A stretch of DNA of 63,332 nt, the filler included, from Octopus bimaculoides (Eukaryota), in the NCBI RefSeq assembly GCF_001194135.2. It is 8 parts of 7 records of this genome, joined end to end, with 100 filler letters (N's around TTAATTAATTAA, not from the genome) between each part and the next. Parts side by side here need not be neighbours in the genome. Positions count along the whole stretch, not along the records: positions 14,524 to 37,385 come from NC_068984.1; positions 37,486 to 39,472 come from NC_068995.1; 6 more parts are not named here. One strand, 5' to 3'. Positions 25,352-38,265 of the stretch are shown here, piece by piece. A program made the translations under genes and the position numbers. The stretch's first letter is position 1. Each line of letters opens with the position of its first letter. The notes below the pieces were generated by a model that searched no databases, was not told the DNA's origin, and worked only from the letters and a program-made list of their open reading frames with translations.

Positions 25352-27140
25352 ACAGTGACACTTGGATAATGTGTCTGTGCTTTGTTTAAAGAGTCATTTT
25401 GTTTAGTATATATCATTTCTCTGCAGTGCATTATAAGTATTGCTTGCCCCATTCTAAATCTGATGGGTGACAATTTAATATAGAAATGGTCAATACACTG
25501 GTATTTTCATTATATACATATCTAGATAAGGCTTTGTTGTTTCTTAATTCCTGAAGATTGACATGTGCTTAGGGAAATGACTTTTAATGCTGTTTTTGTA
25601 TACCAAATTTAATTTTTTTTCTGAGATACTTGCTTCAAATATTAACTGTGCTTTGAATAATTCTTTTTAAAGTATCAGGTCTCATATCTCCTAAATTACT
25701 AGGATATTGTTCATATTAACTCTTCAAAATTTGCTCATTATTACACTGTTGAAACTCTTCGTACAGCTATTACTACATTGGGTTTGTTTTTTATTAAATG
25801 ATTTGTATATGGTTTAGGTAAAAAAATATTTTGTTATATTTGATTTGACATAATACCATATAAAGTTTTTATGTAGAAGACAAATCAATAATTAGAAATC
25901 TAAATTACTGGATAGAAAGACATTTATTTCCTGCATTAGTTTATATAATAGAGTGATATATGAACCAAAAAGGAATGGAATAGCATGCGTGATCAAACAT
26001 CTGACTTTCCTATTGACATTAGCAATATATCTTATCCCATTGGGGAATAGAAAAAGAGGTACCAAATCTGCACTGAAGTTGATTAAAGGTATTCATTCTG
26101 ACAACAACCTTCATAAGCTCTTTGTGTCTATGCATCAATACTAAAAATCAACACCAATATTATTCACAATATACGTAATGTTACTAGTTGATACTAATGA
26201 TAATTTTGTTGTTAGTGAGGAGGAAGGAATGCTGCAGTTGTTTTGTTGTTTCAATCTCATTTTTTTTTTGTTGGAAATTTATAATGTTGTTCATATATTG
26301 TAGTTGTTTTTAAACATACTGGTATTCTCATTTAAAGTTTTTTCTATTGTTTACCTATCTGTACATAGATAGGTTTGCCCAAACACATATTGTCAGACAA
26401 ATTAATACTAGGTTTTGATTTGCGTGACAAAACAGTCATTCAATGCCTTATTTTTCTTTCCTCACCCCAAACTGTCAAAATGGCTTTCGATAATGTCTAA
26501 TGAATTTTAAACTCTCTTCAGTAAATATTTAACACACTCCTCCATACACACTACATGTGCCTCCATCCACCTGACTCCTCTATCACCTTCATACAAATAT
26601 TACTAAATCTCTCACACCTTCCTTTCTAACTATCATCTTCTCTATGAATCTTCTACTTATCTATTTTCCTACTTACCTAACCCCCTCTTCTTCTTCTTCT
26701 TCTTCTTCTTCTCCCCCTCCTCCTCCTCCATCTTCCACCATCTCCTCCGTTTCTTCTTCCTCCTCCATTTCTTCTTCCTCCTCCATTTCTTCTTCCTCTG
26801 CATCCTCCTCTCTGCTCTCTATCACCTGTAGTCTAAGAGCTTTTTACATCTTATACTATGTGTTCACATACTTGCATACATACATTCACAGATACATGCA
26901 TACATACACATACATGCACATGCACTTAAGACACACATATATACACATACATCCAAACACATGTTATTTGTATGAGCACTGACCTACCTCTTTATAAACA
27001 CACACACACATGTACATACACACATGTACATACACACATATAAGGAAGAGAAAGATGGTGATGAGGAAGAAAAAGTAAATAGAAGCCAAAAATGAAAAGA
27101 CACAACATACACACACAGACATACAAATACAGAGACATTG

Positions 27141-27188
<48 letters not shown>

Positions 27189-27748
27189 GGCATATATACC
27201 TCTATGCTTGCACTTGTGTATGTTGATATCAATTTACTTCATCTCCCCAAATGAAATTGAGGAAAACTTAATTATATCTGATTGGCCAAATAACCAAGAA
27301 ATTTTTGCAATGCACATAAACACACCCATATATAATTGCATATTTAGTTATATGCATAGAGGGCAACAATAGAAAGAGAAACAGAGAGAGAGAGAGATAG
27401 GTGAGTAGAGAGAAGGAGAGGGTGGAGAGAGAGAGAGAGAAAGAGAGACAGAGAGAACAAGGAAGAGATGCATATACAAATATAAACGAAGCCACATATA
27501 CATATACATAACAGTATTCATTGTCATTCCATAACGTGAGTGTGTGTGTGTGTGTGCTTTACATGAAGAAAAAGTCATGTTTTCACAGAGCCATTGTCAT
27601 ATTCTCATAGAATAGTTACTTTGCATTCGGGTCTCCTGCATGGTTGTAAATCACTAAACAGAAATAATAAAATCTGGGAAATAAACATACAGAGGAACAA
27701 AACCATAAGGTTAGGGCACAGTGAACTTATATAGAATGAGGGAGGAAG

Positions 27749-27793
<45 letters not shown>

Positions 27794-27944
27794 NNNNNNN
27801 NNNAGAGAGAGAGAGAGAGAGTAAAACTGCCTGAGAATATTGAGTAAGAATGTGATGAAGATGATTTGAGACTTATAGTAAAAAGAATGAGTAGTTGAAA
27901 ATGTGTTCATGAGTATGTGCTTGTACGCAAATATACAGAAACAG

Positions 27945-27992
<48 letters not shown>

Positions 27993-28083
27993 CATCGATA
28001 TATGTGTGTGTATATGTATATATACTTATATATGTATCTCTCTCTCTCTACATATATATATGCATACATACATATATACATAC

Positions 28084-28134
<51 letters not shown>

Positions 28135-28329
28135 TTAAGTAAATACAAGAAAATAAGTGAATGACAGTTTAAAAATAGAGTTTTCACTTCTATGCAAACA
28201 TTACATCTCACTTTAAAACAAAAATAAATAAATAGCTAATAAAATAATGCTAGAAAAATAGAAAATAGATGAAAATAATAAACAAATTCACAACAACAAT
28301 AGTTGATAGCAATAAGAAATTCATTCTGC

Positions 28330-28520
28330 AGAAAACTATCATCCTGTCAGCATGACTTCAGTTATATAGAAAGTTTTTGAATCAATTATAACAGGATTCA
28401 CAAATGAACAGCTGAAGAATTACCACCTCATCCTGGTTAGCCAGCATGATTTCATGCAAGGAAATTCATGATTGATAAATCTTATAGACTTTTGAGAAGT
28501 CACCAAGTACACTGACATTA
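28330..28520 (+). mobile_element. CR1-clade LINE RT fragment
   Basis: ENYHPVSMTSVI*KVFESII...SQHDFMQGNS*LINLIDF matches NYRPVSLTSV...QHGF...SCLTNL. Confidence 0.8.
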
Positions 28521-29544
28521 TTTGCCTAGTTGTGCCAAATATGTACATGTGTATGTATGTACATATGTATGTATACATACATATATATGTATGAAATATA
28601 TACATATGCACACATNNNNNNNNNNATATATATATATATATATATATAATGTATGTATATATATCTATATATATACATATGCACACATATATATATGCAT
28701 AATTTTTAATTGGTTGTAAAGCATTCTCACTGAATGAATGCCTCAATTAGATGAGTTTAGATATGTGATATGATTTTCTTGTGTGTCTAATTATCAGACA
28801 CATACTCATACATACAAGTGTGTATATATAATATGTAATTGTTAATGTATACAAATGATCAATCTGTATATATCTTGTGCCTGTCCAATAATGTAAAGAT
28901 GACATATATTACAAATAAGAAGCTTGTCATAGAAAGTACTTCATAATTGAACATTACAAAGGCAACAATATGTTCATGCCCATAATTTAGGCTTTAGAAC
29001 TTCCCTAAAACTTACCAGCAGATTTTGTAAGAATCAGGTTATCAATATATAAAAGTTTCCAAGGACATGCAGTGTTCAACTCTTACCTAATAACTTGTAG
29101 AACTATAAGTAACAGAAAAGAGTCATTCAAAATTCTTGGAGAAAAAAATACCTGTAAATATTTTATTATTGAACTTGTTGCCAACAGTAACTTTACTAGT
29201 AGATGCTTCATGTAAGGCATCAGATAGTCTCAATATCATTCAGTTTATGTCTTGTTTTCTGAGGATCCACCAAATTATGTATAATTCTCTATGAAAAGTC
29301 TTCATCTTTTGAGGATGAATATAAAATTGTGACTTTTCTTGATTATGAACTTCTATAACAGAGGTCACATTAGAAGTATGATAATTGTGGTTTCATATAT
29401 TGATAAAAATAAAAAGGTCTTTTAGTCAAATGAACATTCTATGATGTTATTGTTTGCTGCTGCACATATGCTGTTAATCCATGACATTTAATGCTAACAT
29501 TGAATTCAAAATGCTAATGATGAGGCTGAACTGAAATGCTAAAA

Positions 29545-30122
29545 TTGCAGGGTTTGGTGCAATAATGTGTCAGCTGCAATGTGTGAGCCTTAGAAGAGAA
29601 ATGGTTTGTAGAAAGGTCAAACTCATTGTCTTCAATTCAGTTTTCATGCCTGTTCTTACTTCTGGCTATGAATGTTGGATAATGACTGAAAGAGTACGAT
29701 TGTGAATACAAGCAGCCGATCTGGGGTTCCTTTGAAGAATCACTGGATTAATGTTACTTCACAGGGTGCATAACTCGAAGATCATGGAGACTCTCCAGGT
29801 CAAGTTGTTACTTCTCCACATTGAGAGGGCAAAGCTCTGATACTATGGATGCATCATTGAGATATTGCTGGAAAGAACTGTAAGACAGATTCTTCAAGTC
29901 AAGCCAACAAGCTGGAGACCTAAGGGTAGATCAAGACTAAGATGGTTGGATAATATCTGTAGTCTCAGTCCATGCTCGAGAATCCAGCCAGAAAGTAATG
30001 GTGATTGCTTTTAATAGGACCCTATAGAGGAGGTGCCTTAGGATTCTACATCCACAAACTTCTCAGGAATAGCATGCAGAGATGGATAGATAGATGGCTG
30101 AATGGATGGATGGATGGATGGT
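29545..30122 (+). mobile_element. RTE-clade LINE (Expander/Rex3-like) 3' fragment with (GGAT)n tail
   Basis: KLIVFNSVFMPVLTSGYECWIMTERVR...HIER...RPKGRSRLRWLD, then GATGGATGGATG. Confidence 0.82.
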
Positions 30123-30324
30123 ACATTTTAAGTTAACTGTTCAAGTCAATTTTACTAAGGAAACCTTTTACTAAGGAAACGGAGACTTCTGCAGATATTT
30201 AATTATATATTTTGCTAATTGTACTTTATTGCTTCCTCTTTTTCAGCAACTAATTGCAAGTTTAAACATTAAAATTATGGTCTTCATCATTTAGCTTTCT
30301 GAACAGAATATCAGTATATATGGT

Positions 30325-30742
30325 AAGGCAGAAATGTTAGCACGCCGGGCGAAATGCTTAGCGGTATTTCATCTGCTGTTATGTTCTGAGTTCAAATTCT
30401 GCCGAGGTTGCTTTGCCTTTCATCCTTTCGGGGTTGATAAATTAAGTACCAGTTATGCCCTGGGGTCGATGTAATCGACTTAATCCCTTTGTCTGTCCTT
30501 GTTTGTCCCCCTCTATGTTTAACCCCTTGTGGGCAATAAAGGAATAAGAAACGTCAGTACGCCGGGTGAAATGCTTAGCGGTATTTTGTCAGTCTTTACA
30601 TTCTGAATTCAAATTCTACCACGGTCGACTTTGTCTTTGATTCTTTCAGGGTCGATAAATTAAGTACTAGTTGCATACTGGGGTCGATCTAATCGAATGA
30701 CCCCATCCCACAAAATTTCGGGCCTTGTGCCTAGAGTAGAAA
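30325..30742 (+). mobile_element. Dimeric MetaSINE-like element with ~20-bp TSD
   Basis: Two tandem copies of CTTTGCCTTTCATCCTTTCGGGGT(T/C)GATAAATTAAGTACCAG (Meta-domain-like); TSD AGAATATCAGTATATAT at 30305-30321 and 30743-30759. Confidence 0.85.
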
Positions 30743-32275
30743 AGAATATCAGTATATATAGTACTTTTGAAATAAGCCTTTGAAGCATTCTTACTGTCTT
30801 GCAATCAAATGGTTTTCTCTTAAAAATTTATCTGAGATTCTCTGTGCTTTGACATCTCTAGCTTAACTCTTCCCAAACTGTAGACCTTCTGTGTCATCAC
30901 TCAGTCATAAATGACATTGTTCAAGTCTATTTTTTTTAACAGCTGATCTTTTCATGTTTAGTGGACAAGGTTATTTGGTTGATTATAATCTATCCTAACA
31001 AAAGCAATCTTATTGATGTTCAAATGATAAAGATCATATTTTAACCACCACAAAGACAGTGATTTCAGAAACATCACATTACTGTGTAAGAATGAAATTT
31101 TGAATCTGTGGTTGTCTTATTCCATCTACTACACTAGTATCCAGTGAAAGAAGATATTTATTGAAATTAATATCAACAAATAAATTTTTTTTTCTTTTAC
31201 CAAATAACAACATACCATTTTGCTTTCTTTAATGTTAGCTCCATATGCAGCACGTACTATGAATGTATGTAGCAAACAGGCTATGCAAATGAACATTTCC
31301 TGTATATTCTTGTTTCTGGTTACTTGAGGGGTGGGCTGTGGCCATACTGGGGAACCCTCATCAATCTTTTTATAAAATTAGTTTAACATTAAGTAAATGA
31401 GAGAATTCCATCCCTGTGTACTTATGTCACATTCAGTGTAGTGTAGGCTGATTTCAGTAGAATGTCCATACATTGTCCGAATTTATTGAAATCTTTTTTC
31501 ATGTATATTCATTATCTTTTGAAAGATGTTGGTTATTAAAGGGCTGCAATAATTTCTAGCACTAAGATTTGTGGTACTACCTCCCTAACACAACACTTGG
31601 GAACACAGAATCATGGAAACCTGTCAACTATGACAAAACTCCAGTCCATGAAGTAGGTGAGGCTTAACAAAATGGTCATGTGTAAAAATAATGAAGAAGA
31701 TTCAATTTTCATTTATATTTGATCACTGTAAATCAAGTTGTTCTGCATTATAAAATCAAAGTTGATCTCGTGCAAGGTGGTATCAAAAGCGAGAATCAGT
31801 CATTTAGTATAACTCTGAATATCCCATTGTCATATTTTAATCAATGTCACAATTATAAGTCTCTTGTCGGCATCAGCAATCTTGCCTCTACCTAAATGAG
31901 AGTTATATAAAAACGTAAATAAAGCAATGACAAACTAGTTACAGTGATTTATTTCCTGTAGGCAGATCTCTTTATTTTATTTTAACATTGTAATTCAAGG
32001 AGATGATTTGTTTTCTGCATCACCAAAAATTCTTTCAATAATTTTTGAAATTATATAATTTTAGTACATTATACAATGAAGAAAATTCTAACATTATTTA
32101 ATACTTCTAAAGAGAAGTTGAATGAGTTCAATGGAGAAACAGCATGTATTTTAATGCTGAGGGATGAGAAATAAAGATGTTTGGCTACCTAATATTAATA
32201 AAATTTCAAACTGACAAGACATAAGCAGGAAGTAATTTTGTCATGGTATAGCATTTGATGTGTGGGGTATGTGAA

Positions 32276-33890
32276 CAGGCAATAACAGAAGGATTCAAGA
32301 CAGGATGCCTCTGGGAGCTCCTCTATGATGATGACCTTGCTCTTATAGTTGAATCACTACCTGAACTAGATAAGTTTAAGGTATGGAAGCAAGGTCTAGA
32401 ATTGAAGGGCCTTAGAGTTAACCAAGCAAAAACTAAAGTCTTAGTAAGTAGGAAGGCAGAAAAATCACAAATCCCTTCAGGTAGATGGCCCTACTCAATC
32501 TGTAGAAAATGTACTGGTAGAAACTCCATAAGATGCACTCAGTGTAAGTTTTGGACACATAAATGGTGCAGCATCAGAGGAAGGTTAACAGAGAAACTAG
32601 CTTTTGTATGTGGAAGATGCACAGGCACAATAAACGCTGAAAATGTGCAGAAAATAGACTCCATCAACTTCCAGGGGTGCAAGCTAAAGATAGTAGATAG
32701 CTTCCATTATCTAGGTGACTAAGTTAGTAGTGCAGGTGGATGCCCTGATAGTGTAGCTGTGAGAATAAGATTAGGCTGGGCAAAGTTCAGAGAGTTCTTA
32801 CTCCTGCAGGCAACAAAGGGCCCTCCCTCAGAGTGAAAGGCAGATTGTTTGATGCCTGTGTGCAAACAGCTATGCTGCATGGCAGTGAAACATGGGCTAT
32901 GACAGCTGAGGGCATGTTTAGGCTTGAAAGAAATGAAGCCAGTATGCTTCGCTAGATGTACAATGTCAGTGTGCATGTTTGACAGAGTGTAAGCATCTTG
33001 AGAGTAAAGTTAGGCATAAAAGGAATTAGATGTGGTGTGCAAGAGAGATTACTGTGCTGGTATGGTAAGTAGGAAGACAGACAAATCACAAATCCCTTCA
33101 GGTAGATGGCCCTACTCAATCTGTAGAAAAGGTACAGGTAGAAACTCCATAAGATTCACTCAGTGTAAGCTTTGGACACATAAACGGTGTGATGTGTATG
33201 GATGAGGACAGCTGTGTAAAGAAGTGCCAGTCTCTAACTGTGGAGGGAACCTGTGGTGGAGGTAGACCCAGGAAGACATGGGATGAAGTGGTGAAATATG
33301 ATCTTCGAACTTTGAGCCTCATAGAGGCAATGACTGGTGACTGAGACCTTTGGCGATGTGCTGTGCTTGAGAGAACCTGACAAGCCAAGTGCACCCATGC
33401 TGGTGGCACGTAAAGAACATCTTTTGAACGTTGGGCTTTACAGAGGTAAAGTTCCTCTGGCTGAGTTCCTTTCAAGCATGGGCCTCATGGAGGCAAAGTG
33501 GCTGAGTTCTTTTTGAGTGTTGGGCCTCACAGAAGCAAGGTGGCTGAGTTTCTTTTGAGTGTTGGGCCTCATGGAGACAATGACCAAGACCTTTGGCATT
33601 ATATTGTACTTGAGAAGAAGATCCATCAAACTAAGCAAAATTGCAGTCATGCTAATTGGCACCCAAGTCAGTGCCATATAAACACACCCCAGTGTCACAC
33701 AAATGGTACCTGTGCCAGTGGAATGTAAAAGCACCCATTACACTCTTGGAGTGGTTGGCATTAGGAAGGGCAACCATGCTAAATCAGACTGGAGTCTAGT
33801 GCAGCTTTTCAGTATCCCAGCCCAGTCAAACCGTCCAACCCATGCCAGCATGAACAACAGACGTTAAATGATAATAATGGTGATGATGAT
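32276..33890 (+). mobile_element. RTE-X-like LINE 3' fragment (RT C-terminus, Cys-rich PHD-like insert, 3' UTR, GAT-repeat tail)
   Basis: ELLYDDDLALI...GLRVNQAKTKVL...GRWPYSICRK...CTQCKFWTHK...FVCGRC; frameshifts and stops; tail CCATGCCAGCATGAACAACAGACGTTAAATGATAATAATGGTGATG. Confidence 0.9.
33433..33575 (+). repeat. 42-bp tandem repeat in the RTE-X 3' region
   Basis: GGGCCTC at 33480, 33522 and 33564 (period 42), degenerate unit at 33433. Confidence 0.85.
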
Positions 33891-35723
33891 GATAAGTTGT
33901 CCAGATTCTTTTGCGACCATGTTTATATTCATAATAAAATACTCTGCCTCAAGGAAGATTGGTAGCTTTACAAAATCTAACAATGCGTCTGATAGATTCT
34001 CATTATCTTAGGAAAACTCTAACAGGATAAAACTCAGTTGCCCTGTTTTTGTCGCCAGTGTTATATTTAGCCTTCTTAAAGCACTTCCATTCAAAATAGA
34101 TATTTAGATTGTAAAAATGGTATTAAGTAAGAAAGCCTGCATCCATGAAATTATTTATTTGTAGACAACCATTAAGACATTGTACTAAGCAATCCAACAA
34201 GTTTTACTTGCAGCCAACAAATTTTTTCCTCTATCGAATTATAGCCTTTCACATTCTGATTTGAAATTTCTTCCATGGTCAATTTTCATTTATATTTCCT
34301 GTATCAATAAAGTAAAGTACCACTTAAATACTGGGTTGATTTACTCTCACTCTCTTCACAAAACAAGTTTTCAGCCCTTCATCTACATAAGAAATTATTA
34401 TTTTAGGATTCTGTTTCTGCCCTTTTTTTTTCTTTCTTTTTTTTTGTAGCATTTCAGTATTCTACATATATTTTTCTGAATTAATTTTGTATTAATATAA
34501 TGAATTTGCTCCTTCTGAACCTAGATTATGCTTTTATTAAGGTAGTGACTTTTATTAAAAGGCCATAACTCTTATTTTGATCGATTTTTTAAAAATACTT
34601 TATTTCAAGAATGTCTTTAAAAATATCGACATATTTTTTCACTTTCTTTTTTCTTTCTACTTTTATTTCAACTTTTATGGTTATTTTTTTTATGTATTTC
34701 ATTAAAAATACTTAAATGCCTTTAGTAAATTGGCATTGATGTTTTCAACTGATGAGTTGTATAGACATTCAAGATGAGCAAAAAGAAGGAAATATATTTA
34801 AATATTTGTAAGTAGTCTTTTCTAAAGAAAATAGGAAATTAAAAAAAATATATAAGCTTACACATACACAAACACAAATATAGAAGGACAAAAATAGAGA
34901 AAAAGTGAGAGAGAAAGTTAACTGGTCACACTCACACACACGCACACATATACACAAACACACAAGTACAGCGTAATAGATTATAAACTGAAAAATCAGA
35001 AGTTCATGTCGCATTGCTTGGCTTGCAATGTTTTCCTTTCTCCTGGCAAAGGCAATTAATTTTCAATTATCTATTCCACCTAGCTGTAAAATGTGCAGTG
35101 TAGAGTAGCATAGAGGAATATTTTAAATGACTCTAAGATGCTAAGACAACGATTTAAAACATATTTCATTAACTTGCTGTATTTGAGCTTGGAGATGTTA
35201 GCCTGTGACCAGACATGGCTGTGTGGTTAGGAAGTTCATCTTTTGAGTTCAGTTCCACTGCATAGGACCTGTGACAAAAGCCTTCTATTATAGTGTCAGG
35301 AAGATTAAAAGCCTGCAAATGGATTTGGTAGATGGATGTATTCAGTATAGAAAACACATAGTAATGTTCAAAAAGATTTGAACTTAAACTTCGATTTCTT
35401 CATCCAGGGCAACGCCTGCAGTGTCAAGAGTGGCTATAAGGAAAATCCAAACTGAGCTGATATGGAGGTAGTAATAGGCATAAAGACAATTAGGCTTGAT
35501 ATAAATATATTTACATGGAGTACAAAAAATGCAGAATAAAATCTGAAGAAAATATGTAATTTCTTAACTTGACAGCTGTTTCAAGAAGTCCAGAGTTATA
35601 TAATAAGCATAGATAAAAGATAGAAGATTATATGTATATACTTCGTGTCTAAATCAACGTCATAGAATTCAAAGAAAATCAACATAAAGCTTTAAACAGT
35701 TATATCAAAGGATATTAAGATGA

Positions 35724-35809
35724 AGACCCTGAAGAACCTGCACTGGTATTAAAGTAAGGTTGCATTTGCAATGGTTACTAATCGATGCAGCAGAAACATG
35801 TGTAGGTCT
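35724..35809 (+). ncRNA. Type I hammerhead ribozyme with long stem II insert
   Basis: AGACC CTGAAGA AC CTGCA...TGCAG CA GAAAC ATGT GTA GGTCT; stem I AGACC/GGTCT; stem III ACATGTGT may be CpG-decayed palindrome ACACGTGT. Confidence 0.72.
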
Positions 35810-35932
35810 ATTTGAGGCAGTGTATATATAAACAAGAATTAAAGGTGATGCTAATACTGCTTCATAATAATCTTTATTATTATTATTATTATCATTATTA
35901 TTATTATCATCATCATTATATAAATATATATA

Positions 35933-36230
35933 TAGTGAAGGTACATGACTCAGTGGTTAGAGCATTGGACTCACAGTCATGTGGTAGTGAGTTCGATTCC
36001 TGGACCAGCCTGTGTGTTGTGTTCTTGAGCAGGACATTTCATGTTGCTCCAGTTGCGATGTCACAAGCTGTATCAGCCTTTGCCTTTTCCTTGGACAACA
36101 TTGGTGGTGTGGAGAGGGGAGGCTGATATGCATGGGCAACTGCTGGTCTTCCATAAGCAACCTTGCCTGGACTTGTGCCTCAGAGGGTAATTTTGTAGGT
36201 TCAATCCCATAGTCATTCCTGACTGAAGCG
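35933..36230 (+). mobile_element. tRNA-derived SINE, type C-like head with a different body
   Basis: TGACTCAGTGG A box, GAGTTCGATTCC B box, TGTGTTCTTGAGCAGGACATTTCATGTTGCTCCAG. Confidence 0.75.
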
Positions 36231-36239
36231 AGTAGTATG

Positions 36240-36284
<45 letters not shown>

Positions 36285-36319
36285 ATTGCTGCAAACTGCA
36301 TGGTAACTTAGATAACAGT

Positions 36320-36730
36320 GAAGATGGCATGGCATAAAAAGCACCCAGTTCACGCTCTAAGTTGGTTAGCATTAAGAAGATCATCCAGGTGTAAAAATAA
36401 TAGCAAAGCAGACAATGAAACTTGATGTAGTCCTTGGATACATCAGTTTCTGTCAAACTGCTCAAGTCATGCCAGCATAGAATGTGGACTTTAAATGATG
36501 ATGATGGTAGTGGTGGTGGTGGTGATAATGATGACATACGTATGTACATCTGGTGCTGCAAAAATGCACTTAGTGCACTCTGTAAAGTGGTTGGCATTAA
36601 GAAGGCATCTTGCTGTAGAAACGATGCCAAAATAAAAATACTGGAGTGTGACAGTTCTCTGATGCTTCAGATACTGTCAAGCTGTCTGACCCATGTCAGC
36701 ATAGAAAACAGATGTGAATTGATGATGATA
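36320..36730 (+). mobile_element. Two tandem RTE-type 3' tail fragments
   Basis: Each has GTGGTTGGCATTAAGAAG-like and CATG(C/T)CAGCATAGAA...TGATGATG motifs as in 33750-33890. Confidence 0.65.
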
Positions 36731-37385
36731 TAGTTACATACATACACACAGATATTTTATATCAGCATTTTATATTTTCATGTGCCATTTGGGAACATCC
36801 ACACCAGTCCACTCAATAAGCAGGTTCTAAATCCAATTAGTCTTCTCACCCCAGCACCTGGTTAATGCACTTTTAACACCTTACATCATCCAGTATAAAC
36901 TAACATATACATAGAACCTGCCACAAAATGGTTGGTTCTTATGTGATTCTTCACTTAAACACAGCAACTAACATCCTTATGCAAATAACATCCTTATGCA
37001 TAAATAGTAAAAGCCATCACATATAAGGCATTTCAACATGAAACAGCTTCTCTTCAATAACACAATAATGCTCCCATCATTAATGCTATAGTTACTGAAG
37101 TAACTGAAATCTTAGCTCAACCCCTCTTTCTTTAGCTTGGAAAAGCTAATGCATTTCTTCTCTTAAGTAACACAGTCAAGTGTTAAATAATATGAATGAA
37201 ACTAAATGAACTTGGTTAATTCACCCTTCAGTGTTGTGTTTAATAGTTAATGCATGCATGTGTGTGTGTCAGTTTGTTTGTTTCTTTGTTTGTGTGTGTG
37301 TGCGTGTGTATTGAGTGTATATATATATACATACACACACACATACCTATACATTTATATATGCTTATAAATGTGTAAATATATA

Positions 37386-37485
37386 NNNNNNNNNNNNNNN
37401 NNNNNNNNNNNNNNNNNNNNNNNNNNNNNTTAATTAATTAANNNNNNNNNNNNNNNNNNNNNNNNNNNNNNNNNNNNNNNNNNNN
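37386..37485. other. Artificial scaffold spacer
   Basis: Linker TTAATTAATTAA at 37430-37441. Confidence 0.95.
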
Positions 37486-38262
37486 GAACAGGTAACGCCG
37501 CACGAAAGCACTGCCAAGCCAGGGATTTCTGGTAATTGTCCAGATACCCCGGCCCGAAAGTTCTCCTGAACAGTTGGTCAACTGATTTTCATCGTAGTCC
37601 AGGGTCTCCCCCAAGGCGTCTTCGGACCTAAATCCCACTAACCCGCTATAAACATCCGCGGTGGAACTCCTATTGCTGGCATTGCCCACCCGAGAGAGTA
37701 GCTGAAGTGCCTGTCGGCACTCCAATTGCCAGACCCCCAGCCTAGGTCTCTGCTTGATCCAATTACCAACGTCCGTTAAGGACGTTAACTGCGGAAGGTA
37801 GAACCGGACGTGCGGTGACCAGACCTGCTCTCCATCCAGGTAAAGCCAAAGGTGCCTCAACCGTAACGCGAATTTTCGCATCGTCAGCCAAGGCATCCTT
37901 AGCCCACCCTTTAGCAGTTTCTGACAGCAGACAGAACGTTTCACGAGTGGTTTTCCTTCCTTCCACAAAAAGCGAAAAAGGCTTCTTTCCAACTTGTTCA
38001 GCCACAAATCGGGGCAAGGCACCACAGTCAGATGGTAGGTGATAACCGATGCTATAAACATCTACACCCCCCGCCACCTTTCCTAGCATGGATAACGCCC
38101 GCCCAGACCAGTTCTCGGTTAGAGCAGTCACCCTGCTGGTCACCTCGCTCCAATTTTTCTCTATCTGAAGGCCTGTCCCGAACCAGACTCCAAGCAGCTT
38201 AACAGGACCTTCCGTCCAACGCCCCACGACGTTATTGGACGGCATCGGATTGCCCCTCCACG
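37486..38262 (-). mobile_element. Tx1/L1-clade LINE ORF2 fragment (post-RT region), frameshifted
   Basis: KLLGVWFG...NWSEV...WSGRALSMLGK, then FIASVITYHLTVVPCP...LERSLFRFLW...GGLRMP; GC-rich relative to background. Confidence 0.85.
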
Positions 38263-38265
38263 CCT

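Noticed and set aside
31565-31655. Possible exon LWYYLPNTT...VHEV ending at GTGAGG
   Set aside because: Requires a non-standard AAG acceptor; unrecognised peptide.
33433-33575. CRISPR-like repeat array
   Set aside because: Contiguous 42-bp tandem units with no unique spacers, inside a eukaryotic LINE, no cas genes.
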